Shown: positions 1 through 11,659 of the stretch, in pieces | Layout: each line of letters begins with the position of its first letter | Position numbering within the stretch: position 1 is the first letter of the stretch | Origin: Octopus sinensis | Taxonomy: Eukaryota | Direction: 5' to 3' | Length of the DNA: 64,000 bases | Assembly: GCF_006345805.1 (NCBI RefSeq) | Contig: NC_043006.1 | Span: forward strand, 18,352,001-18,416,000 | Position numbers and translations under genes: made by a program | The notes under the pieces: model-generated | Told to the model about the DNA's origin: nothing | The model's input: only the letters and a program-made list of their open reading frames with translations | Database searches by the model: none

Positions 1-395
1 TTCTTTCTTCCTCCCCTTCCCCTTCTTCTTCTTTTTTCCTCCCCTTCCTCTTCTTCTTTCTTCCTCCTATTTTCTCTTCTTTTTCTTTCTTCCTCCCCTT
101 CCTGTTCTTCTTCTTCTTTCTTCCTCCTATTCCTCTTCTTTTTCTTTCTTCCTCCCCTTCCTTTTCTTCTTCTTCTTTCTTCCTCCCCTTCCTCTTCTTC
201 TTTCTTCCTCCCCTTCCTCTTCTTCTTTCTTCCTCCCCTTCCTTTTCTTCTTCTTTCTTCCTCCCCTTCCTCTTCTTCTTCTTTCTTCCTTCCCTTCCTC
301 TTCTTCTTCTTCTTCCTTCTTCCTCTTCCCCTCTCCTCTTCCTCCCCCTCCTCTTCCCCTTCACCACCACCACCCTCCCCATCCCCCCCCCCCCT
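1..395. repeat. Pyrimidine-rich degenerate (TTC/CCT) low-complexity tract
   Basis: Nearly pure C/T with recurring TTCTTCCTCCCC units. Confidence 0.9.
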
Positions 396-847
396 TCATC
401 ATCATCATCATCATAATTTCATGCCCACTTTCCATGTTGACATGGGTTGGATAAGTTGTCATGGTCTGTCATGCTCTTATTTGGAGTTCCTCTATGTGTT
501 ATATGTATAAATATGTGAGTTTGTGTGTGTGTGTGTGTGGGGTGTGTGCGTATGTGTGTTGTGTGTGTATGTGTGTTGTGTGCGTATGTGTGTTGTGTGT
601 GTGTGTGTGTGTTGTGTGTGCGTGCGTTTTGCGTGTGTGTGTAATTACATTTAGTTAATTTTTGTAATGGAGTTTCTTTTAATTAGCTGAAGTTGAAGAG
701 TTTTATTGACTTTTGACATTCTAGTAGCCCATTGAATGATCGGTTTTATCCTTCTTTTACCTTGCATCCACAAATATTTTACAGAAATACATGCAATGAA
801 ATAAATTATGTGTATTTATTATTGAACATCTGCTCTTTTTGGATTTA

Positions 848-872
848 TTCCTTAACTAATTGTCTGTTCCAC
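848..872 (+). promoter_or_regulatory. 3' end of a U12-type (AT-AC) intron: branch site and AC acceptor
   Basis: Perfect TTCCTTAAC with branch A 17 nt upstream of the terminal AC and no AG that would give this exon start. The matching donor lies upstream of the window. Confidence 0.8.
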
Positions 873-998
873 ATATGAGGAAAGTGAGAAAAACCTTCTG
901 AAAGCAGAATGTTTTCTCGAAAATTTGAAGAAATTACCGTCTTCAGATTCAAAGCTTGTTCAGATGTGGGCCATTAAACTGACTCTTGATTTTGCACA
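873..998 (+). CDS. TTC23: Internal coding exon A of a TTC23-like tetratricopeptide repeat protein (phase 2 to phase 2)
   Basis: 126-nt exon reading (x)YEESEKNLLKAECFLENLKKLPSSDSKLVQMWAIKLTLDFA(Q). Preceded by U12 branch site TTCCTTAAC (848-856) and an AC acceptor (871-872), followed by a GTAAGT donor at 999. Resembles human TTC23 FKEAAENLTKAE...RLSFAQ as recalled from memory; no search was run. Confidence 0.85.
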
Positions 999-1120
999 GT
1001 AAGTAATTTCTTTTCACTGTTTTGTCATCTTATTTCTGTTTCTGTGTCACTGTGGGCCTCTTTCTTGCAATGATTGTCCTCAAATATCAACCTCCTCAGT
1101 GTGAAATGTGTGTGCATCTA

Positions 1121-1810
1121 TGTGTGTGTGTGTGTGTGTTTGCCTGTACATTTGTATACATGACTATCTGTGTGTATCTATCATCATCATCATCATCATT
1201 TAGCGTCCGCTAGCATGGGTTGGACGGTTAAACTGGGGTCTGTGAAGCCGGAAGGCTTCATCAGGCCCAGTCAGACCTGGCAGTGTTTCTACGGCTGGAT
1301 GCCCTTCCTAACGCCAACCACTCCGTGAGTGTAGTGGGTGCTTTTACGTGCCACCCGCACAGGTGCCAGACAGAGCTGGCAAACGGCCACGAACGGATGG
1401 TGCTTTTACGTGCCACCGGCAGTTTTAGATGCTATATACATGGTTTTTGTGTGTGTGTGTGGTGTGTGTGTGTGTTTGCCTGTACATTTGTATACATGAC
1501 TATCTGTGTGTATCTATCATCATCATCATCATCATTTAGCGTCCGCTAGCATGGGTTGGACGGTTAAACTGGGGTCTGTGAAGCCGGAAGGCTTCATCAG
1601 GCCCAGTCAGACCTGGCAGTGTTTCTACGGCTGGATGCCCTTCCTAACGCCAACCACTCCGTGAGTGTAGTGGGTGCTTTTTACGTGCCACCCGCACAGG
1701 TGCCAGACAGAGCTGGCAAACGGCCACGAACGGATGGTGCTTTTACGTGCCACCGGCAGTTTTAGATGCTATATACATGGTTTTTGTGTGTGTGTGTGTG
1801 TGTGTGTGTG
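1121..1810. repeat. Tandem duplication of a ~336-bp unit containing a (GAT)n-tailed retroposon (- strand)
   Basis: Sequence at 1139 recurs at 1475, including unique flanks. Units are bounded by (GT)n and are near-identical. Confidence 0.9.
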
Positions 1811-2191
1811 CATTTGTACACATGAGTGCACGCAGGGTAGTTTCATCACTCTGTGTGCATCTGAAGTAAGTTTGGCTGCCAGCACTTTTGTGCATGTAGG
1901 CTTTCTCCCAAGCTGACAATGACCTCTCTCTTTGAAGCCTTGCCAGATCAAACAATTTTAAAAGACGTCTCTGATCCGAAAATCTTTCAGAAAAGAACAC
2001 TCTGAATATACCTATTGACACCCAGAATCATTCCCAGTCTATTGTTACTCATACTTTCCAATGTCTACTTTTAGAATGGGATTATTGATGTTCCAGTGAC
2101 TACATTGTCCAACTGGATACAGTTTTACATGCTAAATGTGCAACCTTGGCCTGTGTTTGTCCAAGGCCTGCAGCTAGTTAAAGAAAATGAA

Positions 2192-2458
2192 CTCGCCTGG
2201 CCCCGTGCCGGTGGCACGTAAAAAGCACCATCCGTCCGTGGCCGTTTGCCAGCTCCATCTGGCACCTGTGCGGGTGGCACGTAAAAAGCACCCACTACAC
2301 TCACGGAGTGGTTGGCGTTAGGAAGGGCATCCAGCAGTAGAAACACTGCCAGATCAGACTGGGCCTGATGCAGCCTTCTGGCTTCACAGACCCCAGTTGA
2401 ACCGTCCAACCCATGCTAGCATGGAAAGCGGACGCTAAATGATGATGATGATGATGAT
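2192..2458 (+). mobile_element. (GAT)n-tailed short retroposon (RTE-like 3' end)
   Basis: Conserved GGTTGGCGTTAGGAAGGGCATCCAG...CCCATGCTAGCATGGA...(GAT)n block found more than 12 times in the window. Confidence 0.85.
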
Positions 2459-2729
2459 AAATGACAACTTTGCTGTTCCTGTCATTTGTCATGAATCTTT
2501 GCAGCTGTCACAACTTTAGCATGCGCCTGTATATCATCAGTCACGGTACCCCTTAAACCCCACTAGAATAATTGTTGGAAATGAAATAAAAGAGTATTCG
2601 CTCTTATCCTGTCAGATGTTTCCTGAGACACGATGCAATGATCAGGTGTTAGCATAGCTCTGAGATAATCCAGTAACAGCTTGTCTTTCTAAAGGCCAAC
2701 ACAATGGCTATGTGTATCCAAGATCCCAT

Positions 2730-3078
2730 TCATCATCATCATCATCATCATCATCGTTTAACGTCCGTTTTTCGCGCTAGCACGGGTTGGACGGTTCGAC
2801 CAGGGTCTGGGAAGCCAGGGGCTGCTCCAGGCTCCAGTCTGATCTGGCAGAGTTTCTACAGCTGGATGTCCTTCCTAACGCCAACCACTCCGCGAGTGTA
2901 GTGGGTTCATTTTTACGTGCCACCTGCACAGGTGCCAGGTGGGGTCTGGCATCGGCCATGATCGGTTGGAGCTTTTAACGTGCCAGTGGCATGAAAGCCA
3001 GCCAAGGCGGCGCTGGCAACGTTCGGATGGTGCTTTTTATGTGCCACCGGCACAGAAGCCAGTCGGGGTGGCGCTGGC
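2730..3078 (-). mobile_element. (GAT)n-tailed short retroposon
   Basis: Same family, reverse orientation, (CAT)n at the left end. Confidence 0.85.
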
Positions 3079-3089
3079 ATTCCAGTTGC

Positions 3090-5250
3090 AAATTAACACT
3101 GATGTGTGAGCTGTTCCTTGAAATGTCTCCATACATCTGAAAGAATCTGTCTTCCAACTCTTGTCAAGTGCAAACAGTTATGAACACAAAAGCCTCATTT
3201 CCCTCTTTGCTGTTCACCTCTTTGAGGACCACCTAGATATCATCTGAATCTAGGAATATCATGCTTACTTTTAGATTCAAGTATTTCCAGGAGAATACTC
3301 CCTTACTACTCGATCCAGCTGACTGAATGATGTATAAACCATTTAGTTATCCGATAGGTAGCCTTTTACTTTTACCACTGAACTGGTGCCACGGTGCATT
3401 GAAGCAATCCAGCCTCTGAAAACAAGTCCAAGACCACTTGCTGTCAGGACAGCTTCCAAGTGGCGATGGTTAACACCCCTCGAATGCCTTTGATCAATCC
3501 AAATTGATTAGAGCACCACCGAAGACAGCTTTGGTGGTGGTTGTCATGGATAAACCTGCTTGAGATTGTGCACATTTACGCATCTCCAACCAGGCTACTG
3601 ATGACAAGCGGCAGCCTTTTAACTAACACTTTGGCCAAAATCTTAAACTTAGTGTTTCACTGAGTTATGGGATGAAAATTCTTTAGTACGTCTCCATTGT
3701 TGGTGTCTTTCTTCAGTAGTGTAACCACACATCTACTAACAGCACTAGGCATCTGTCAAGAGGTTGCCAAACAAATCTGGCATGAATACATAGAATTCAT
3801 AGGGTAGACCATCTAAAACAGGCGATCTGTGACTTGTGCAATTGCCTCCCAAATTTCAGCGGCTGTTATAGGCTTTTCATACAACCTCATGTCAGCTTCT
3901 GAGAGCTGCAGCAAGCCCTCCAGATACAAACTAAAGTCCAATACCGTCATTAACCCATCACCCTCTCCAAACAGCTGCAGTAAAGCCACACACATCTGCT
4001 TAGTAGCAAGCGCCAATCCTGATCCATCAAAGATTTGATCGTGATTTTGCTTCCATGTCACATCTCCACTGTTTGGGCCCATTGGACAGCTTTAGTGCCT
4101 TTCTGTTTGAGTACATGGGCCTTAGCTCTAACAATGCAACTGTTATGTTTTGCTTTGAAGAAATGGTCAAGGGTCATTCTTGCTGCTAACCCAGCAGTGG
4201 CAATACCCTTTTTAATTGCCTCTTCTAATTTGCTTACTAGTTCACCCTCTAATCTATTCCTTTCTATTGCTAACTCTTTGCTAAACGCTATCAATTCTGC
4301 TCTAATTACCCTCTTCAGGGCAGCCCACCACTGGTTGTTGACAATTTCCCCCATCAACTGTCACTAAACTAGTCACGAATCCGGTCCCTCTAGTCTTTGC
4401 GTGCTGGAAAGAACATGTTTAACTTCCAGTTACCAGGTCCCTATATAACTTAACTGTGCAGATCATAAACTTGTGGTCAGTGTAGCCGACCAATTTAAAT
4501 TGTGGACAACCTACACTATCCCTATCCTCTGATCTAACAAATACTCTATCTAGATACAATCAGGATGACCCATTGTGGTTGCTCCATGTCCACACTGGCA
4601 TATAAAGGAAATTCAATCGATATGTATCAAACAATTGGAAGACTCTGAGTAGGTTTTCGAGGCTTTTGCATCTCCTTCTTCTGTGTACTAGTCCCACAGA
4701 GTCCTTCTGCGCATCCAAAATCCCATTCCTGTCCCCTACTAGAACTAAACTGCAAGATGTTCCTGGGAATGTTTCTAGACACCTGAAGAATTCTAGCCTT
4801 CCAGCCCCTGTCAGTGCATAGATGACCATCAGTCTAAAGGCACCACCTTCACTACATCTAGGACCACCAACCTGCCACCCAGGTCCAAGAAGATTGCCTT
4901 TACTTCAAGATCTAAGGATTTTTGGAATAGTACTGCTACTCTGTTGCCCACTTCCAACAGACCCCATGATGAGAATATCTCATAGTTACTGAAAATGGGT
5001 GCTAGTGCTTGCACATTAGAAATCCTTGTCTTACTAATTGTAGCCACATCTAAATTGAGTGGCCTGAGGTTGTTTAGCAAGTGACCTAGCTTCCAGGCTG
5101 ACCCCAGGCCATGAACATTCTCACACCCACTCTGAAAACGACCATGTTTATTGGAGAAACAAAATGGAAAGAGATCCCTTACCTTGGATTTTTGAGAGGG
5201 TCAGCTGCTTCAGCTGCTTTGTCTGACACATCTGAATCAGCCACACCATT
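3090..5250 (-). mobile_element. Decayed Tx1/L1-clade LINE (APE endonuclease and RT remnants)
   Basis: Minus-strand motifs ENVHGL, VLVGDRN, YLDRVF and TDHKF (APE), and VTLLKK...HPITQ*NTKFKILAKVL and LD*SKAF (RT). Many stops and frameshifts. Confidence 0.8.
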
Positions 5251-5314
5251 GTATCACTTTAGTAGTAGTAGTAACAACAACAACAACAACAACAATAATG
5301 ATAATAATAACAGA

Positions 5315-5801
5315 ATTCTCTGATGCAGTACCAGGTACTAGCTCACATGGCTTTTGATCTTAACTAGAAGTGTTATCATGTACATTGTTTTGTCTTGGCA
5401 TAAAAGATGCGCTACAGCAAATATTTGGCTCAATACCACAGATTTGCTTGTCAGTTGTTTGACTTTAACCAGTTGAGCATGTCCCTTAGTGGCTGACGAT
5501 ATGTTCATCTCTGATCATGAGCAGAAGTAGTTGGGGAGCATCGTAGCCATGTGTTGAGAGGGATTCTTTGGGGTTTGAATAGTTCACCTCTGGAAACATG
5601 GATGGTTTGTTCATCATCCTTAAAACAACCATTATTCAGGGACGTTTTGAGTGGGATGGGCTACTTGTCTTGAAGAAAATTTTAACTGGGCCCCACTTGC
5701 AAGGTCATGCGCTGTTTATTTGGATATGAGATCACCATGTCACACACATATGATTGTGATGCATGTGCCTGGTGTACCCCTTTCAGATGGGTAGTTATGA
5801 T
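5315..5801 (+). mobile_element. Non-coding element of an (AAT)n-associated family, 3'-truncated copy
   Basis: Highly similar to 6724-7280 and preceded by an (AAC/AAT)n tract. Confidence 0.75.
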
Positions 5802-5861
5802 GGCGATCTGTGACTTGTGCAATTACCTCCCAAACAACAACAATCATCCTTTCTACTAAAG

Positions 5862-6074
5862 GTACTCTCTTTACTCTTTTACTTGTTTCAGTCATTTGAC
5901 TGCAGCCATGCTGGAGCACTGCCTTTAGTTGAGCAAATCGACCCCGGGACTTATTCTTTGTAAGCCCAGTACTTATTCTATCGGTCTCTTTTGCCGAACC
6001 GCTAAGTGACGGGGACGTACACACACCAGCATCGGTTGTCAAGCAATGCTAGGGGGACAAACACAGACACACAA

Positions 6075-6122
<48 letters not shown>

Positions 6123-6277
6123 CAGGCTTCTTTCAGTTTCCGTCTACCAAATCCACTCACAAGGCATTGGTCGGCCCGGGGCTATAGCAGAAGACACTTG
6201 CCCAAGATGCCATGCAGTGGGACTGAACCTGGAACCATGTGGTTGGTTAGCAAGCTACTTACCACACAGCCACTCCT
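5862..6277 (-). mobile_element. tRNA-head SINE family A
   Basis: Head GGAGTGGCTGTGTGGTAAG...GGTTCAGTCCC (A/B-box-like), internal (TA)n/(TG)n, (AAAGAGT)n tail. More than 10 copies in the window. Confidence 0.9.
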
Positions 6278-6279
6278 GA

Positions 6280-6655
6280 AATTTTGGAGGGAGGGTGACA
6301 GTTGATTACACCCACCAGTGCTCAACTGGTACTTTTTTATTGACCTTGAAAGTATGAAAAGCAAAGTAGATGTCCGTGGAATTTGAACTCAGAACATTAG
6401 GATGGACAAATTGCCACAAAGCATTTTGCTTGGTGTCTTATAATTTCTAATTTTTGTTCAAGGCCAGCAGTTTTGGGGTAGGGGTTCAATTGAGGTTGAT
6501 GTAATCAACTTCAATTCTCAACTGGTACTTATTTTATCAACCCCAAAAGGATGAAAGGCAAGGTCGACCCCAGTGACATTTGAACTCAGAACATGATGGG
6601 TGAAATGCCAGAAAACATTTTGACCAGCAGGCTGATGATTCTGCCAGCTCTTCAT
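6280..6655 (-). mobile_element. Two decayed SINE family C copies
   Basis: Reverse complement of the core GAGTTCAAAT...GCCTTTCATCCTTT.GGGGT.GATAAAATAAGTACCAG. Confidence 0.7.
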
Positions 6656-6723
6656 CTTGATAATAATAATAATAATAATAATAATATAATAATAATAATA
6701 ATATAATAATAATAATAATAATA

Positions 6724-7280
6724 AATGCCCTGATGCAGTACCAGGCAGTGACTCTCATGGCTTCTGATCTTAACTGATTGGAAGTGTTATCATGTACATT
6801 GTTTTGTCTTGGTATAAAAGATGGGCTACAGCAAATATTCTGCTCAATACCACAGATTTGCTTGTCAGTTGTTTGACCTTAACAAGTTGAGCATGTCCCT
6901 TAGTGGCTGACGATATGTGCATCTCTGATCACGAGCAGAAGTAGTGGGGGAGCATCATAGCCATGTGTTGAGAGGGATTCTTTGGGGTTTGAATAGTTCA
7001 CCTCTGGAAACATGGGTGGTTCTTTCAACATCCTTAAACAACCCTTATTCAGGGACCATTTGAGCGGGATGGGCTACTCAACCTGAAGAAAATTCTAACT
7101 GGGCCCCACCTGCAAGGTCATGTGCTGTTTATCTTGATATGAGATCACCATGTCGCGCACATATGGTTGTGATGCATGTGCCTGGTGTACCTTTATCAGA
7201 CGGGTAGTCATGATGGGTATATTGGGCTTCGTATATTTTACCCCAGTGTCACTTTGATGGCATGAACTGCTCTCTCACTC
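6724..7280 (+). mobile_element. Non-coding ~560-bp element embedded in (AAT)n
   Basis: Flanked on both sides by (AAT)n, second copy at 5315-5801, no ORF. Confidence 0.8.
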
Positions 7281-7304
7281 AATAATAATAATAATAATAA
7301 TAAT

Positions 7305-7710
7305 ACTTTCTACTAAAATTTGGGGAAAGCGGACTAGTTGAATGCATCAACCCGAGTGTTTCACTGGTACTTCATTTATTGATCCCAAAAAGATGAAAGG
7401 CAAAGTTGACCTCGGCAGAATTTGAACTCAGAATGTAGCACACTGCTAAGCATTTTGCCCTGTGTGCTAACAATTCTGCCAGCTTACCATCTTATAATTT
7501 CAAATTTTGGCACAAGGCCAATAGTTTTGGGGGAAGTATTAAGTCGATTACATTGACCCCAGTGCTCAACTGGTACTTATTTTATTGACCCCCAAAAGGA
7601 TGAAAAGCAAAGTCAACCCTGGCGACATTTGAACTCAGAAGTTGAAGAAGATGGATGAAATACCACTAGGCATTTTGCCCAGCATACTAATGATTCTTCC
7701 AGCTCGCTAC
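7305..7710 (-). mobile_element. Two decayed SINE family C copies
   Basis: Same conserved core as the other family C copies. Confidence 0.7.
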
Positions 7711-7711
7711 T

Positions 7712-7715
7712 TTGA

Positions 7716-7747
<32 letters not shown>

Positions 7748-7823
7748 ATGGTGGCGGTGGTAGCGGCGGCGGCGGCAGCGACGATGATGACGATGACGAC
7801 GATGATGATGATGGTGATGAAGG

Positions 7824-7861
<38 letters not shown>

Positions 7862-7935
7862 GTGGTGGTGATGATGATGATGATGATGATGATGTTGTTG
7901 TTGTTGTTGCTGTTGCTGTTGTTGTTGTTGTTGTT

Positions 7936-7982
<47 letters not shown>

Positions 7983-7986
7983 TAAT
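7712..7986. repeat. Compound trinucleotide microsatellite (GAT/GGT/GGC/GTT/AAT)
   Basis: Direct inspection. Confidence 0.95.
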
Positions 7987-8393
7987 ATCTGACATTGATA
8001 TATGATCAAAAAGAAATATTAAGAGATAGCGTAAGAGGATGAAGACAGGTCATATATTCAGCTGAATGAACCTGGGTGGGTGTGTAAGCTGGGTGTATGT
8101 ATGTTTTATTTGTATCTGTAGGAAAAATGCCATTTGGATGTGTTGAGATTCCTAATTAATCCAGAGACACTCAACAAAAATAAATATTTCAAGTTTTACT
8201 TCTCACTTACTCACATTTGGCAAACATCATTTACAATAGGAAGTTTTATTGAATTTCTGTTGTTTGTTACCGTTTTATGTTTAACTAAATACTCCGTCAG
8301 TTTTATTTGGCAAATGGTTTAAGAATAGACATCTTTTTTTTGTTTGTTTGTTTATTTGTTTAATGCTTTTTATCTGTATTTCTCTTCTGTCAG

Positions 8394-8520
8394 ACTTTAC
8401 AGCAAACAGAAGAAACAGACAGAGGCTGAAGATTCTTACAAACAAGTTGTCGAACTTATTGAGGCAGCACATGGAGAAGGAAGTCCGCAGTTAATAACGC
8501 TCTATTTAGACTGGGGCAGA
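8394..8520 (+). CDS. TTC23: Internal coding exon B of the TTC23-like gene (phase 2 to phase 0)
   Basis: Pyrimidine tract plus CAG acceptor (8391-8393). Continues the frame from exon A (CA+A=Gln): QLYSKQKKQTEAEDSYKQVVELIEAAHGEGSPQLITLYLDWGR. Ends directly at the U12 donor ATATCCTTTT (8521). TPR-like A..Y...(H)G..SP pattern. Confidence 0.88.
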
Positions 8521-8794
8521 ATATCCTTTTTAAGAAAGAATATACTTTTTAAGAAAGAATATTACCATTATCATTATTATTTCAGAAACATGCACAATAA
8601 AATGTTATGCAAAAGTACACATAGCCCTGCTACTATAGCCTCTTCCACTGGAACTGTTAGATACATAAAATTTGTTTTCATTTCTTGCTTTCATTTTTTT
8701 CCAGGCTGATGGATACAGTTCTTCACTTCTTTTCAGCTATTGATTTTAACATGGAAAAATAGCTGAAAGACTATGCTATATATATATATATATA

Positions 8795-9054
8795 TATATT
8801 ATATTAAATTAGAGATAAAACCACTATTAGGCAAATCAAACAATGAAAAACTTAAGCCAATACATAAAATTAATTAATTTATATTATTTTAAATATATAT
8901 CTAAATTATTAAAAGTTTATTATTATTTATTATCTTTTAATAATTTTGATATATATTTAAAATAATATAAATTAATTAATTTTATGTATTGGCTTAAGTT
9001 TTTCATTGTTTGATTTGCCTAATAGTGGTTTTATCTCTAATTTAATATAATATA
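8795..9054. repeat. Near-perfect inverted repeat (~121-bp arms, 18-nt loop), probable Penelope-type terminus in (TA)n
   Basis: Arms 8795-8915 and 8934-9054 are reverse complements with one mismatch by eye. Related sequence occurs at 47716-47920. Confidence 0.85.
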
Positions 9055-9137
9055 ATATTTTACTATAAAATTGGATTCAATCCTAAATCTGATTTTTCCC
9101 TGTAAGTTTGGATTTATTCCCTAATATTTTATTATTA

Positions 9138-9200
<63 letters not shown>

Positions 9201-9782
9201 CGTACACATGTACACTCATTTGTCTGTCTATCATTGTTTGCTTAACGCCCACTTTTCCATGTTCGCATGGGGTCAGATGAAGTTTATTGAGACAGATTTT
9301 CTTTGGTCCCAATACCTGTCCTCTTGCCAAACTTTGTTTCCAAGCAAAGAAATATTTTCCCATGGCCAGATATGTTTATGCCTGGATATTGGAAATGAAT
9401 TACACTTCCCATATGACAGTGACTTTCATTTACAACTGTAATATCATGTAATATCCAAACAAGGATATCTGAATTGAGCAGTTATACTACAGATTTTAGG
9501 CCCCTATCCATTCACCACTAAGGCCTTATGGTCAAAGAGGACCTAACTCTAATTCCCCCCCCCACAACCATTCTTTCTTTTTTCTGTTTACTTTTTCCTT
9601 TTCCAGTGTTTTCAACTTACCTCCTTTTACATTCACTCCCTTCTTGCCTTTTCTCGTATTTTCTCTTATCCTATCATCCTGTTTTAGCTTGTTATGCCAT
9701 CTGGACAGAACCGGAGGATTTTGTGATGGCACCAGACATGTTATAAAATACTGGCTGAACTGTTTTCATCACATGAATCTAT

Positions 9783-10070
9783 TAAAGGGTAAAGACCCCC
9801 TTCGGTCATGAATGACCATGGGATTGCACCTAGAAAGTTACCCTCCTAGGCACAAGTCCGGGCAAGGTTGTTTATGGAAGACCAGCAGTCGCCCATGCAT
9901 ACCAACCTCCCCTCTTCACGCCACCAGTGTTATCCAAGGGAAAGACAAAGGTCGCAACTCATTTCTACAGCTGAGTGAACTGGAGCAACGTGAAATAAAG
10001 TGCCTTGCTCAAGAACACAACACGCAGCCCGGTCCGGGATTCGAGCTCACAACCTCACGATTGTAAGCTC
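9783..10070 (-). mobile_element. tRNA-head SINE family D (5'-truncated)
   Basis: Minus strand reads GAGCTCGAATCCC (B-box), then GTGTTCTTGAGCAAGGCACTT...CTCAGCTGTAGAAATGAGT, a conserved SINE core-like block. Confidence 0.7.
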
Positions 10071-10259
10071 ACGAATCTATTAGTGGCTCATAAACACATA
10101 CTGTGTTTATTGAATAAGCGATGCAAATATATGCAGCTTCTTAGTTTTTTCCTTTTTTTTCTATTATTCTCTTTAATTTTGTCATCTCCTTCAAACATTC
10201 AAAACCAATAGAAGCAAGCATCTCACTCACACACACACTCACACATACACACATACACG

Positions 10260-10299
<40 letters not shown>

Positions 10300-10339
10300 C
10301 ACACACACACACACAAGTTGACAGTTTGCATAAAAGGAA

Positions 10340-11030
10340 AAGAAAATGTAATTTCCTATCCAAAAATTTAAGTATTTAAAAAATGTCAATTAAATATATC
10401 AGTTTACTCAATGTAACTATCCTCAGCTTCCACCCTGGCCTCAAGACTGCTCCAGAATGTGGCAGATGCATGCCTCAGTGTGTTTCTGGGAAGATCTTTG
10501 AACACTGCCTACATCTTGACCACCAGCTCAAGCTTGGTGTTTCAGGCAGTGTGGTTGGTTCCTTTATCAACCACATCCCACACATAGTAATCTATGGCAT
10601 TACAATAAGAGAATTAGGAGGCCAGAATTTGGGGCTGGTGGAGTCATAGAATTCTCTGGCAACCACTTCTGACTCTTGCTAGGGAAGGATCTGAATCCTT
10701 TCCAGTAGCAATCCTCTCCAGCCAGGATTTGACCACAGTCTCCAGCAATTTTATGTAGCTGTCTGAATTAAGTCTAAGTCCTTGTTCAAGGATGCGAGTA
10801 TCAATTCCAGCGTATGAACACGCCCAGAACATCTGCTGTGTCCCTTCCTGCTGGCCACAGCTTTGTAGTGTCCATTACTACTCTCCATGTCACATCTTAC
10901 AGCTTTTACGGTGGTCACAGAGCACTGAGTGGTAGTCATGATGTCAACATTTTGATACTTAGCATGAATCATCATGATACAAGTAACACTTTTCCATTAC
11001 TCGCATAGTTTCTAATCTTCTATATCAGCT
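10340..11030 (-). mobile_element. Decayed Tc1/mariner transposase remnant (DD37D/maT-like)
   Basis: Minus strand GLRLNSDSYIKLLETVVKSW and SPKFWPPNS motifs, frameshifted. Confidence 0.7.
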
Positions 11031-11344
11031 AATTTATTCTCAACTACATCCTTAATCTTTATGCTCTGCTGTTCTTCAATATATCAAGTTGTTCCTGAAA
11101 AAAAAAAAAAAAAAAGGAGACGTAAAATGTTGCCACATTTAGCTTCAGCATATTATGTATGCATACATATAAATGCATTACCAGCTGCAAAGTGTCAATT
11201 ACATTGTTTCTCAATATTTATATATCTTCTCCCAGTCTGCCTGCAGGTTCCTGCTTGTCTGCTTGCCTGATCGGCTAACTGCTCTACTGCCCATCAGCCT
11301 GTCCATTTAGTATTGTTCAGCTTAATGTGTATATTACATAATTT

Positions 11345-11371
11345 ATCATCATCATCATCATCATCATCACC

Positions 11372-11428
<57 letters not shown>

Positions 11429-11640
11429 TTCTTGAAACTTCCAACTTCTTGCTGACATTGTTGGGTCGGACAGTTTTACAAGATGTGATGAGGGGTTGAG
11501 GACTGCATCATGATCCAATGTCTGATTTACTTGTATGGATGTATGCCCTTCCTAATTCCAACCACTTTTTTTCAGACTGTACTGGGTTCAGTTCTTTTTC
11601 ATAGCACCAGCACTAGTGAGGTCACCATGTAGCTTGCAAA
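11345..11640 (-). mobile_element. Old (GAT)n-tailed retroposon with expanded (CAT)n
   Basis: Degenerate ATGCCCTTCCTAAT.CCAACCAC block. Confidence 0.65.
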
Positions 11641-11659
11641 ACAAAAATCCTCTTTGAAT

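Larger units (their letters stand above)
999..8393 (+). other. U2-type GT-AG intron (7.4 kb)
   Basis: GTAAGT donor, TTTCTCTTCTGTCAG acceptor, and phase-2 continuity between exons A and B. Confidence 0.82.

Noticed and set aside
7642-8009. Poly-D/M/I/V/T/H and YI/CV-repeat ORFs here and at 22271-22905, 28619-29775, 42729-43744, 53095-53712 and 59519-60040
   Set aside because: They are translations of microsatellites, with no domain content or splice support.
8344-8709. 121-aa ORF as a standalone gene
   Set aside because: Only 8394-8520 is exon. The flanks are the pyrimidine tract and read-through into the U12 intron.
11049-11058. TCCTTAAT as the branch site closing the U12 intron early
   Set aside because: Imperfect match with no suitable AC/AG at the right distance followed by a TTC23-like frame.
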